Shown: one piece after another, positions 1-9,578 of the stretch
How positions within the stretch are numbered: the stretch's first letter is position 1
How the letters are laid out: each line of letters starts with the position of its first letter
Origin: an uncultured Oscillospiraceae bacterium
GTDB taxonomy: Bacteria; Bacillota; Clostridia; Oscillospirales; Oscillospiraceae
Length of the DNA stretch: 50,433 bases
Assembly (NCBI GenBank): GCA_944385175.1
Contig: CALWWB010000001.1
Span: forward strand, 1 to 50,433
Direction: 5' to 3'
Program-made: the position numbers and the translations under genes
Notes under the pieces: generated by a model
What the model was told of the DNA's origin: nothing
Seen by the model: only the letters and a program-made list of their open reading frames with translations
The model's database searches: none

Positions 1-2167
1 CATCACCACCGCTTATGATCCCACCGGTATTGCCGGAGTCTGGATTGACAGGATCGGTGACAATGAAGTCGTCCAGGAAGTCTTCTTCCTCTTCATCGAC
101 GAAGCCGAAGATACCGGTGTTCTCGCCGCTGAGATAGGGATAGGTGAAGGATTTCCAAGCCAGTCCGTCATGGAGAGGGGACATAACCTTTTTCCAAAGC
201 TGAGCCGCAGGGTTGCCGCTGACCTGAATTGCCTCCTGCTCGTCGTATCCGGTCCAAACAGCGGCTACATAGTAGGGGGTGCAGCCCGCAAACCAACGGT
301 CCATGTACTGGCCGGAGCTGCCGGTTTTGCCGGCCACAGGCACGCTCCACAGGGCGGCCTCGGTGCCGGTGCCGTTCTCTACCGCATTCTGAAGCATATA
401 GGTGAGAGTGTACGCAGTGTTGGGCTCAAAAGCCTGAATAGTGCGTGGGGTATTGTCGATGACGATATTTCCCTCACTGTCTGTTAGCATGGTATAGGTG
501 CGGCTGTAGGTGAATATGCCGTCATTCACTATGGAGCAGTAGGCCTGGGCCATCTCCCTCACGGTGCAGCCGTTGTAGAACTGACCCAGGGACATGGGGG
601 CATAGGCAATGTCATTCTCCGGCACCAGACTGGTGAAGCCCAGATGGTTCACCAGATAGTCGTAGGAAGTCTGGGGACCCTGAGGCAGAATGTCTACAAT
701 CTGGGCCGCCACAGTGTTGATGGAGTATTGCAGCGCGGTATAGATGGAGACTACGCCCATATAGCTGCGGCTGTCGTTTTGAGGCAGCCAGTCTGTTCCG
801 TTGAGCACCACGCTGGGGGAGTCCAGCACGGTGGTTTCCGGAGTGATGAGCCCCAGGTCGATAGCGGGTCCATAAGCCGACAGAGGCTTGATGGAGGACC
901 CGGGGGGACGCATGGTACCGGTGGCCCGGTTAAGACCGAAGTTTATGGTCTTTTCACCTACGCCGCCGCTGAGACCAAGAATGCGCCCGTCATAGGGGTC
1001 CATGACCACGATGGCACTTTGCAGTTGCTGGTCGCTGCCCCAGGTGTTGGGGATGGCCTCCAGGTCGGTGTAGATAGCGTCGATATTGTTCTGCACGTTC
1101 ACGTCCAGACAGGTGTAGACGTTGTAGCCGCCGTTATAGAGAAGGGTCTGGGCGGTCTCCCGGCTGATGCCCTTGAGCTGCATCAGGTCTTTGATGACAT
1201 CGTCGATGACGACTTCAGTATAGTAGGAGTAAATGGTCTGGGAATACTCCTCTCCCGGGCTGCGGGTGAATACCAGTTCTTCGGCCACTGCGTCCTTGTA
1301 CTGCTGGTAATCTATATATCCCTGCTCGTACATCTCCCGCAGGATGGTCTCCTGGCGTTCCTTGTTGTTCTGCTCATTGTAGAAGGGGTCATAGTAGGTG
1401 GGCAGGTTAGTAATGCCCACGATGGCGGCGCTCTCAGCCAGGGTCAGATCCTTGGCATCCTTGCCGAAATAGGTCTGGGCCGCCATCTGTACGCCGTAGC
1501 AGCCCTGGCCGAAGTAAACGGCATTGAGATACCACTCAACTATCTCCTGCTTGTCGTAGCGTTTTTCCAGCTCCAGAGCTCCAAAAATCTCCGCCAGCTT
1601 TCGCTGGATGGTGACCTCATCTTTACCGGTAAGGTTCTTTATGAGCTGCTGGGTGATGGTGGAGCCGCCGTAGCTGGTATCCATTTTGGCAAACATGGTG
1701 ACAAAGGCGCCGGCGGTGCGGTACCAGTCCACGCCCTTGTGGTCATAAAACCGCTTGTCCTCAATGGCCACCAGAGCCTTTTCCATGTACCAGGGTATAT
1801 CCTCATAGTCAACCCAGACACGCTTTTCACTGCCGGAGAGGGTGGCCAGTTCCCGCCACTCACCCCCGGCATCCTGATACCACAGGGTACTGGATTCATT
1901 TAGCTTCAAATCCTCCAGACTCAGGTCGAAGCTGGGCACAAGGCAGGTCTTTACATAGTAGGCGAACACACAGGTGAACATCATGCCTGCCACAAGAAAT
2001 ATCAGAAGTATGGTGCCGATGACCTTGAGCACGGCGCCGATGGAGCCGGAGATCACGTCGCCGGTAAGGGTGACGGCCTTCTTTACCACACGCCGCTTCT
2101 TTTTTTCCGGCTTCGGTACCGGGGTGCTTTTTTCGGGCTCCTGTATCTCGGGGCTCTTTTTTTTCAT
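1..2167 (-). CDS. Class A bifunctional penicillin-binding protein (PBP1A family); N-terminus present, C-terminus runs off the left edge
   Basis: Absent from the ORF track because no stop lies in the window. My own reverse-strand translation from ATG 2167-2165 (AAGGAGG about 12 nt upstream) gives MKKKSPEIQEPEKSTPVPKPEKKKRRVVKKAV, then a TM anchor. Glycosyltransferase-51 motifs follow (EDKRFYDHKGVDW, GGSTITQQL, RKLAE), then transpeptidase motifs (SSIKP, KTGSS). Confidence 0.9.
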   Translation of the reverse strand, partial: MKKKSPEIQEPEKSTPVPKPEKKKRRVVKKAVTLTGDVISGSIGAVLKVIGTILLIFLVAGMMFTCVFAYYVKTCLVPSFDLSLEDLKLNESSTLWYQDAGGEWRELATLSGSEKRVWVDYEDIPWYMEKALVAIEDKRFYDHKGVDWYRTAGAFVTMFAKMDTSYGGSTITQQLIKNLTGKDEVTIQRKLAEIFGALELEKRYDKQEIVEWYLNAVYFGQGCYGVQMAAQTYFGKDAKDLTLAESAAIVGITNLPTYYDPFYNEQNNKERQETILREMYEQGYIDYQQYKDAVAEELVFTRSPGEEYSQTIYSYYTEVVIDDVIKDLMQLKGISRETAQTLLYNGGYNVYTCLDVNVQNNIDAIYTDLEAIPNTWGSDQQLQSAIVVMDPYDGRILGLSGGVGEKTINFGLNRATGTMRPPGSSIKPLSAYGPAIDLGLITPETTVLDSPSVVLNGTDWLPQNDSRSYMGVVSIYTALQYSINTVAAQIVDILPQGPQTSYDYLVNHLGFTSLVPENDIAYAPMSLGQFYNGCTVREMAQAYCSIVNDGIFTYSRTYTMLTDSEGNIVIDNTPRTIQAFEPNTAYTLTYMLQNAVENGTGTEAALWSVPVAGKTGSSGQYMDRWFAGCTPYYVAAVWTGYDEQEAIQVSGNPAAQLWKKVMSPLHDGLAWKSFTYPYLSGENTGIFGFVDEEEEDFLDDFIVTDPVNPDSGNTGGIISGGD

Positions 2168-2412
2168 TAAAATAAGGCGCCTCCTTTGTAGAAACGGTAT
2201 TTATGCGCAGGGCGCGGCCAATAATCATATCAATACATTTTGCCATTATACCACAGCTTTCCGCCCAACGGTAGAGAAAATGTAAATTTTTTCTTAGGAA
2301 AGCTGCCCGTACAACCATAGTATAGCCAGTATTAAAGGAAAATAGCGTATATTTTTCTCTGCCGGAAGAGATACTATACTTGGTATGAAGTTTCTGAAAA
2401 GGAGGGGCTTAA

Positions 2413-2751
2413 ATGGGCCTTAAAATCAGGATAGCGCTTATGACCTGTCTGGTGGCAGCTGCCGCTTTTGCCGCCTCTGAAGCCTACAAAAGCATAATAC
2501 CAGCCCAGACGGTAATACCAGAAGAAGTATATGCCCAGTTCCGCGCCCGGGAGGACGAGGCCCAGTTTTTCCTCCGGCCCTGTGACGGCTATGTGGCAGT
2601 GTACGACGGGCAGAGGGAAAAGGTCCCCGTGACGGTGACGGAGATTGAGATAGGCAGCCTGCGCAGCACCGACAAGGCACTTATTCAAAAGGGCATACCC
2701 GTGACGGACCAAAGAGAGCTGCTGAGCCTGCTGGAGGATCTGGGTTCCTGA
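2413..2751 (+). CDS. Small signal-anchored/secreted protein of unknown function (pattern DGYVAVY...GI.V....L..LLEDLGS resembles BofC-C-terminal-like proteins; assignment from memory)
   Basis: 112-aa ORF with AAAGGAGGGG RBS 5 nt upstream and a hydrophobic N-terminus (LMTCLVAAAAFAA). It lies divergent from the PBP gene. Confidence 0.7.
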   Translation: MGLKIRIALMTCLVAAAAFAASEAYKSIIPAQTVIPEEVYAQFRAREDEAQFFLRPCDGYVAVYDGQREKVPVTVTEIEIGSLRSTDKALIQKGIPVTDQRELLSLLEDLGS

Positions 2752-2863
2752 AAAGCGGAGAGCAAGGAATTTAAATAAGGTTCACAAATTTTATTGCGCT
2801 TGGTGTTGATTTATCCGGCAATATGGTATACAATAAAGCCATCAAAGCAGAATGGAGAACAAC

Positions 2864-3145
2864 ATGAGCGAAGAATTTGGCAGCGATTTTATCACCATCG
2901 TGGATGATGACGGCACGGAATTTGAGCTGGAAGTACTGGACACCATGGACTACAAGGGGCAGACCTTTGTGGCCTTCCTCCCCGCTGATATGGATGAGAA
3001 CGATCCGAATTACGGCATCGTTATCCTGCGTTCCGTGTTGGATGAAAACGGTGACGAACTCTTTGAATCCATTGATGACGACGATGAGCTGCAGGATGTC
3101 TACGAGCATTTTTCACTTATCCTCTTTGACGACGAGGAAGAGTAA
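2864..3145 (+). CDS. DUF1292 (UPF0473) family protein
   Basis: Acidic ~93-aa protein with the typical pattern ITIVDDDGTEFELEVLDTMDYKGQTFVAFLP...VILR. I prefer ATG 2864 (GGAG 6 nt upstream) over the track start 2852, which has no RBS. A TTGATT-17-TACAAT promoter lies just upstream. Confidence 0.85.
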   Translation: MSEEFGSDFITIVDDDGTEFELEVLDTMDYKGQTFVAFLPADMDENDPNYGIVILRSVLDENGDELFESIDDDDELQDVYEHFSLILFDDEEE

Positions 3146-3221
3146 AAAGTTTCCTGTAATCAAAGGGGCCCTTTCTGCATAGGATGAATTGCCCCGAGGA
3201 AAAAATAAATATAATTCCTGC

Positions 3222-3453
3222 TGTGTGCGTGTTGCCTATAGAGGCTTTTTGGCCCATTAAACCCACATCTCTTATAAGGGATGCCGATTTGAATCTGCGG
3301 ATTGCAGGCCTCCCGGCCTACAAAAGCTGGACGTTGGAAGCAGTGAAACAGGACTTAGGCGACCCACCTGCTCTTATGTGCAGGTTATAATTGGGCCGGC
3401 ACGGCATTTGCGGGGTACTTCCCGGAGCTTTGCTCCGGGGAGTTTTTTGTTTT
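3222..3453 (+). ncRNA. Candidate structured small RNA or long structured 3' UTR, unclassified
   Basis: No credible ORF. The region has nested complementarity (GGCCCA 3251-3256 with TGGGCC 3392-3397) and two look-alike hairpins, each preceded by ACCCA. A TATAAT sits at 3210-3215 and the region ends at a strong intrinsic terminator. The 5' boundary is a guess. Confidence 0.3.
3419..3453 (+). terminator. Rho-independent terminator (plus strand)
   Basis: 10-bp stem TTCCCGGAGC/GCTCCGGGGA with a TTT loop, followed by GTTTTTTGTTTT. Confidence 0.7.
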
Positions 3454-3464
3454 AATTCACTGAG

Positions 3465-3509
3465 ACAGAAAAATTAATGCCCCGCGTTCCATGTTGCGGA
3501 ACACGGGGC
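3465..3509 (-). terminator. Rho-independent terminator of the lipoprotein gene (minus strand)
   Basis: Hairpin GCCCCG.GTTCC/GGAAC..GGGGC at 3479-3509, followed on the minus strand by ATTAATTTTTCTG. Confidence 0.65.
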
Positions 3510-3519
3510 AGCTGTATGC

Positions 3520-4314
3520 TCAGGCAGCGTCGGGCAGTTCTATGCTGTCTACGTCGTTGAAGCCGGTGATGTCCACCGTAGCAGGCAGGCTCTTGATTTG
3601 GAGCTGGGGAAGAAAAGCGGAATCGGAAGTATCCAGAATATATTGCAGGACGGAGGCCAGATCGGCGCTGAGCCGTACGGGGCTGCCGTCGTCCTCGGCT
3701 ATCCATATGGTGAGCTCGGTATCCTCAATGGTTGCCGCCCCCTCCTGGGCTGAAGCCGCACCCAGAGCTTCCATGAGCAGGGAACCGGGGAGCTTAAGGA
3801 TAAAGGGCCTGCAGAGTATACCGTTCACGGTTTCACTGTCCCCTATGCTGAGCGCTTCCGGATCATCCTGAAGCATGGTCAGCACGGCTTCCACATCCAG
3901 CTTGCTGCCCTCTCCCGTGCCTTGGGCCAGAGGAAAGTCCGTGCTGAGCCAGAGAACACTGTCCCCCTCTCCAAGCCCGATCCTGAGCTGAAGGGCATCG
4001 TCTTGAGTAAAGAGGTATACAGGCAAGCTCAGGGTGCCCAGCTTACCCATGTCAATGCTCAGATCCATATACAGGGTGCCGGGGTCGATTATGCAGCGGC
4101 AGTCGGCATCTACCTGGGCTTTGAGCGGTATGGAGGCTACAGAGGCATCAAGATCTCCTGCGGCGGTGAAGCTGACGCTGTCCATGTCGGCGACATGGCG
4201 GTAGGCTCGTTTTACTATCAGCATTTCACTCAGACCCATGCTGCAGCCGCAGAGACTGAAAGTCAGAGCCAGGGCGATAAGCATTGCGACGGCTCTTGAC
4301 AGGTGTTTCTTCAT
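3520..4314 (-). CDS. Putative lipoprotein of unknown function
   Basis: MKKHLSRAVAMLIALALTFSLCGCS is a signal peptide with a lipobox. I choose ATG 4314 (GGAAGG 9 nt upstream) rather than the track start 4374. Confidence 0.8.
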   Translation of the reverse strand: MKKHLSRAVAMLIALALTFSLCGCSMGLSEMLIVKRAYRHVADMDSVSFTAAGDLDASVASIPLKAQVDADCRCIIDPGTLYMDLSIDMGKLGTLSLPVYLFTQDDALQLRIGLGEGDSVLWLSTDFPLAQGTGEGSKLDVEAVLTMLQDDPEALSIGDSETVNGILCRPFILKLPGSLLMEALGAASAQEGAATIEDTELTIWIAEDDGSPVRLSADLASVLQYILDTSDSAFLPQLQIKSLPATVDITGFNDVDSIELPDAA

Positions 4315-4420
4315 TCCATTCATCCTTCCACTCTGAATTTTTCCTTTGACTGTAAGACGTTTAAGCTGCCCCAATTGTTCCGGGCAGGGGCGCTTGTGGC
4401 CTGTTTCCTTATAGTATATT

Positions 4421-4460
4421 CAAAAGGGCTGAGGAAAAAAACTCAGCCCTTTTGAATTTT
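4421..4460. terminator. Stem-loop terminator downstream of gdhA
   Basis: 13-bp stem CAAAAGGGCTGAG/CTCAGCCCTTTTG with an A-rich loop. A/T tracts flank both sides. Confidence 0.55.
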
Positions 4461-4492
4461 TTATCTATTTTTATCGGAAAGGTGACGGAGCA

Positions 4493-5893
<1,401 letters not shown>

Positions 5894-5900
5894 TCATTAG

Positions 5901-5938
5901 GCCCCGGCAGGCAGAGGACAGTAAATTGCCGCCGGGGC
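5901..5938 (-). terminator. GC-rich hairpin after nadE (terminator-like, no clear U tract)
   Basis: GCCCCGGC.GGCA ... TGCC.GCCGGGGC stem immediately downstream of the nadE stop. Confidence 0.4.
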
Positions 5939-5943
5939 TGTGC

Positions 5944-7830
5944 TTATTTCAGCTTTTCCAGATCCTTCAAGAACATGGCGCTCTCCGCATCGGAGGGTAT
6001 GAGAAAACCGCTGCGGGGGGAGACGGTAAAAGCGTCCACCGCCGGGCCGTCCATCAGGCAGGAGCGTTTGAACTGCTGGGAGAAATAGCGCCTGCAATAG
6101 CTCTCCAGCCAGCGGATCAGCTCCTGATCGCTGTAGTCCCCGCCGTAGGCCAGCTTGGCCAGACGGAAGGTCTTCTCCGGGGAGAAGCCCCGGATCATTA
6201 TCATGTGGGTAAAGAAATCCTGGAGACTGTAGGAACCCACGGCCTCCTCGCTCTTCTGCTCGATCTTGTCGTCGTGGATGGGCAGCAGCTCCGGAGTCAC
6301 CGGGCAGTCCAGCACATCATATAGGGCGGCTTTCAGCACCTTGTCCTCAGTGCCATCTGCCACATAGCGCACATTTGCCCGCACCTGGGTCTTGGTGAGG
6401 CCAAGGTTCACATCATACATACTGGTGTGGTCGCCGTTGTAGGTGCACCAGCCGTCCACAAATTCACTGAGATCCTCAGTGCCCACATCCAGGCCGTTTA
6501 CCTTGTTGGCAATGTCCATGAGCACCTGGGTGCGCTCTCTGGCCTGGGCGTTCTCATAGGCTACGGAGTAGTCGTCATGAGCGTGGCCGATGTCGTCAAA
6601 GTGCTGGTATACGGCCTTGCTTATGTCGATGACCCGAACCTCACAGCCCAGCTGCTCGGCCACAACTATGGCGTTGGACTTGGTGCGGGAGGAGGTGCCG
6701 AAGCAGGGCATGGTGCAGGCCACCACGTTCTGAGAGGGCAGGCCCATTTTCTTTACCGCCATAGAGCAGACTATCACCGCCAGGGTGGAGTCCACCCCGC
6801 CGGAGATGCCCACCACACAGTGGTCAAGACCGGCATACTCCATGCGCTTTACCAGGCCGGAAATCTGGATATCCAGCATACGGCGGCAGTACTCCGGCAG
6901 CTTTGAGCTGTCTGCCGGGAGATGGGGATGCCTGGGGAAGCTGCGGCTGAGCTGGGTGACCTCCTCCTTCACGCCCCAGGGGCAGACGATATGGGGATAG
7001 TCCCCCACATCGAACTGGCCGTCGGCACGGCGGAGGTTCATAAGATATTCAATGTCGATTTCGCTCATGGCCAGGCTGTCCTCACTCTCGTCCTGAGAGA
7101 GTATCTGGCCGTTTTCCGCTACAAGGCAGAGGCCGGAATAGACATTGTCGGTACTGCTCTCGCCCTTGCCCGGGGCGGCCATGACCATGCCGCAGCGCAG
7201 GCGCCGGGACATGAAGCGGATGTTCAGCTCCGCCTCGTCGGTGGAGCCCACGGTCTCAGGGAAGGAGGCCATCTGGGCTATGACAGTTGCTCCGGAGAGG
7301 GCGTGGCAGAGAGAGGGCGGGACAACGGCGTCCATATCCGCACCCAGCTCCACAGCCACGGACAGGCCGGGTATGATCTGATTTTCAAATAGTATGTCGG
7401 TAAAGACGGGTATGCTCTCCCCGCCAATTATGGTTTCCGTCTCCTCCTCGTCGGGCGCGGCAAAGCGGGAACCGTCAACCTGGGTGCGGGGCACCAGAGC
7501 CAGCAGCTGCCCTGAACAAACTGCGGCGGCGCAGCTGTAGAGCCTTGAGCCCAGAGCCATGGGCAGCCCCACGAATACCAGCATATCCATACCGGCGGTG
7601 GCCCTGACTATCCTCAGCAGCGCCTCCCTGGCCCCCTCCAGTATGACCCGGTGGCCGATGAGGTCGTAGCAGCTGGCTCCGGTGATGCTCAGCTCGGGGA
7701 AGACCAGGATCTTCACGCCCTTCTCCTCTGCGGCCTTTATGCATTCTATTATCCTGCCGGCATTATAGTCGGCGTCCGCCACCTTTATTACAGGGGATGC
7801 GGCGGCAACCTTAATAAAACCATGCTTCAT
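5944..7830 (-). CDS. nadE: Glutamine-dependent NAD+ synthetase (N-terminal CN-hydrolase domain plus NAD synthetase domain)
   Basis: 628 aa. The N-terminus (VKILVFPELSITGASCYDL) is nitrilase-like. The C-terminal half carries the ISGGVDS PP-loop. The gene starts 27 nt after the glyQS stop, so it is probably co-transcribed. Confidence 0.95.
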   Translation of the reverse strand: MKHGFIKVAAASPVIKVADADYNAGRIIECIKAAEEKGVKILVFPELSITGASCYDLIGHRVILEGAREALLRIVRATAGMDMLVFVGLPMALGSRLYSCAAAVCSGQLLALVPRTQVDGSRFAAPDEEETETIIGGESIPVFTDILFENQIIPGLSVAVELGADMDAVVPPSLCHALSGATVIAQMASFPETVGSTDEAELNIRFMSRRLRCGMVMAAPGKGESSTDNVYSGLCLVAENGQILSQDESEDSLAMSEIDIEYLMNLRRADGQFDVGDYPHIVCPWGVKEEVTQLSRSFPRHPHLPADSSKLPEYCRRMLDIQISGLVKRMEYAGLDHCVVGISGGVDSTLAVIVCSMAVKKMGLPSQNVVACTMPCFGTSSRTKSNAIVVAEQLGCEVRVIDISKAVYQHFDDIGHAHDDYSVAYENAQARERTQVLMDIANKVNGLDVGTEDLSEFVDGWCTYNGDHTSMYDVNLGLTKTQVRANVRYVADGTEDKVLKAALYDVLDCPVTPELLPIHDDKIEQKSEEAVGSYSLQDFFTHMIMIRGFSPEKTFRLAKLAYGGDYSDQELIRWLESYCRRYFSQQFKRSCLMDGPAVDAFTVSPRSGFLIPSDAESAMFLKDLEKLK

Positions 7831-7857
7831 GATATTTCTCCCGAATAAATGTTCAAA

Positions 7858-9294
7858 TCAGAATTTAATTCTCTGACTGATATATTCCTTGACTTCGCTG
7901 ATGGGGATACGTACCTGCTCCATGCTGTCACGCTCCCGGACAGTGACGCAGTGGTCGGCTTCGTCGGTGTCGGTGCCTACGGTGTTGAAGTCGAAGGTGA
8001 TGCAGAAGGGGGTGCCTATCTCGTCTTCACGGCGGTAGCGCTTGCCGATGGAACCGGTCTCGTCGTAGTCGCACATGAAGTCCTTGCTCAGGTCGTTGTA
8101 CAGCTCCATAGCGGGGCCGGTGAGTATCTCTTTCTTGGACAGAGGCAGCACCGCGCACTTGAAGGGGGCCAGAGCCGGGTGCAGGTGCAGCACGGTGCGC
8201 ACGTCGTCGTTGCCATTCTTGTCCTGGCCAACAACCTGCTCGTCGTAGGCGTCGCAGAGGACGGAGAGCACAGTGCGCTCCACGCCCAGAGAGGGCTCGA
8301 TAACATAGGGGATGTAGTGCTCGTTCTGCTCCTGGTCATAATAGGTCAGATCCTGGCCGGATACGGTCTGATGCTGGGTCAGGTCATAGTCGGTGCGGTC
8401 GGCCACGCCCCAGAGCTCGCCCCAGCCGAAGGGGAAGAGAAACTCAAAGTCCGTGGTGGCCTTGGAGTAGAAGCACAGCTCCTCGGGATCGTGGTCACGG
8501 AGACGCAGGTTTTCGTTTTTCAGCCCGATATCCAGCAGGAATTTATGACAGAAGCCACGCCAGTAGTCGAACCATTCCAAATCGGTGCCGGGCTTGCAGA
8601 AGAATTCCAGCTCCATCTGCTCGAATTCCCGGACGCGGAAGATGAAGTTGCCCGGGGTGATCTCATTGCGGAAGCTCTTGCCTATCTGGCCGATGCCGAA
8701 GGGCAGCTTGCGCCGGGTAGTGCGCTGGACGTTGACAAAGTTGGTAAAGATGCCCTGGGCGGTCTCGGGACGGAGATAGACGGTATTTTTGGCGTCCTCG
8801 GTGACGCCCTGGAAGGTCTTGAACATGAGGTTGAACTGACGGATGTCGGTGAAATTGTGCTTGCCGCAGGTGGGGCAGGGGATATTGTGCTCCTCCACAA
8901 AGTCCTTCATCTCGCTTTGAGAGAAAGCGTCGATGGGCTTGGGCAGGGCAAAGCCGGTGTCGCTGCACCAGTCCTCGATGAGTTTATCGGCACGGAAACG
9001 CTCGTGGCACTCCCGGCAGTCCATCAGAGGATCGGAGAATCCGCTGAGGTGGCCGGAGGCTACCCAGGTCTGGGGGTTCATCAAAATGGCGGCGTCCAGC
9101 CCCACATTGTAGGGATTCTCCTGGACGAACTTCTTCCACCAAGCTTTTTTGATGTTGTTCTTCAGCTCAACGCCCAGAGGGCCGTAGTCCCAGGTGTTGG
9201 CAAGGCCCCCGTAGATTTCGGAACCGGCAAAAATAAATCCCCGGTTCTTGCACAGGGCCACGATCTTTTCCATTGTCTTTTCTGTGTTTTTCAT
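7858..9294 (-). CDS. glyQS: Glycine--tRNA ligase (dimeric class II, GlyQS type)
   Basis: 478 aa. The N-terminus reads [44 protein letters not shown], typical of GlyQS. RBS GGAGGAAAGGAAG. Confidence 0.97.
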   Translation of the reverse strand: MKNTEKTMEKIVALCKNRGFIFAGSEIYGGLANTWDYGPLGVELKNNIKKAWWKKFVQENPYNVGLDAAILMNPQTWVASGHLSGFSDPLMDCRECHERFRADKLIEDWCSDTGFALPKPIDAFSQSEMKDFVEEHNIPCPTCGKHNFTDIRQFNLMFKTFQGVTEDAKNTVYLRPETAQGIFTNFVNVQRTTRRKLPFGIGQIGKSFRNEITPGNFIFRVREFEQMELEFFCKPGTDLEWFDYWRGFCHKFLLDIGLKNENLRLRDHDPEELCFYSKATTDFEFLFPFGWGELWGVADRTDYDLTQHQTVSGQDLTYYDQEQNEHYIPYVIEPSLGVERTVLSVLCDAYDEQVVGQDKNGNDDVRTVLHLHPALAPFKCAVLPLSKKEILTGPAMELYNDLSKDFMCDYDETGSIGKRYRREDEIGTPFCITFDFNTVGTDTDEADHCVTVRERDSMEQVRIPISEVKEYISQRIKF

Positions 9295-9364
9295 TTTACT
9301 TCCTTTCCTCCGGCTGGCTGCCGGAGAGATGTGCCTGAGTTTTTTTGCACACTCTTAACAACTT

Positions 9365-9393
9365 AAATATACCAGAATTTTTCCAACATATCA
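9365..9393 (-). promoter_or_regulatory. Sigma-A-type promoter for glyQS-nadE
   Basis: On the minus strand: TTGATA, 17 nt, (TGG)TATATT. The predicted leader is only about 64 nt. Confidence 0.5.
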
Positions 9394-9578
9394 ACAAAAA
9401 ATAGGCATGGGACAGTGACAAAGCTGTCACAAAGGGGGCTCTTTCATCGTCATATAGGAGGAGTCCCCAGGGAGGAAAAGTTAAAAATTCTTAATTCACT
9501 AAATGTTTCTTCCATTCCGGCGGGAAAGGTGTATAATAAGCAAGGTTACATAATATAGAAAAAAGAGCAGAGACATAT

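Noticed and set aside
644-1903. Other long shadow ORFs: 644-1903 (+), 7849-9366 (+), 15124-16341 (-), 16489-18177 (-), 20191-21336 (+), 33784-34815 (+), 42228-43934 (-), 44705-45628 (-).
   Set aside because: All are antisense to strongly supported genes (PBP1A, glyQS, methyltransferase, CoA-transferase, RumA, SEDS, SBP lipoprotein, permease). All translate to Gly/Val/His/Leu-rich sequences with no domain signature and lack ribosome-binding sites. They have the same compositional cause as the 1059-aa ORF.
1896-2318. A 140-aa minus-strand ORF at the PBP promoter region, and the 103-aa plus ORF at 1974-2285.
   Set aside because: They overlap the true PBP1A N-terminus in the wrong frame or strand. 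The PBP reading frame starting at 2167 has the RBS and the membrane anchor.
3184-3390. A 68-aa ORF inside the structured intergenic region.
   Set aside because: There is no Shine-Dalgarno sequence (ctgcataggATG). Codon usage is unlike the neighbouring genes and the ORF coincides with stem-loop-rich sequence. It is better explained as non-coding RNA or UTR.
3146-3453. The idea that this region is SRP RNA, 6S RNA, RNase P RNA, tmRNA or an orphan T-box.
   Set aside because: Only fragments match from memory. The plus strand has GGAAGCAG..GTGAAAC (SRP domain IV-like) and the minus strand has CCTGCAATCCGC (reminiscent of the Bacillus SRP Alu domain). These fragments lie on opposite strands. The invariant GGTCCGGAAGGAAGCAGC core, the RNase P GAGGAAAGTCC motif, the tmRNA ends and the T-box GGGTGGTACCGCG motif are all absent. 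I leave it unclassified rather than naming a family.
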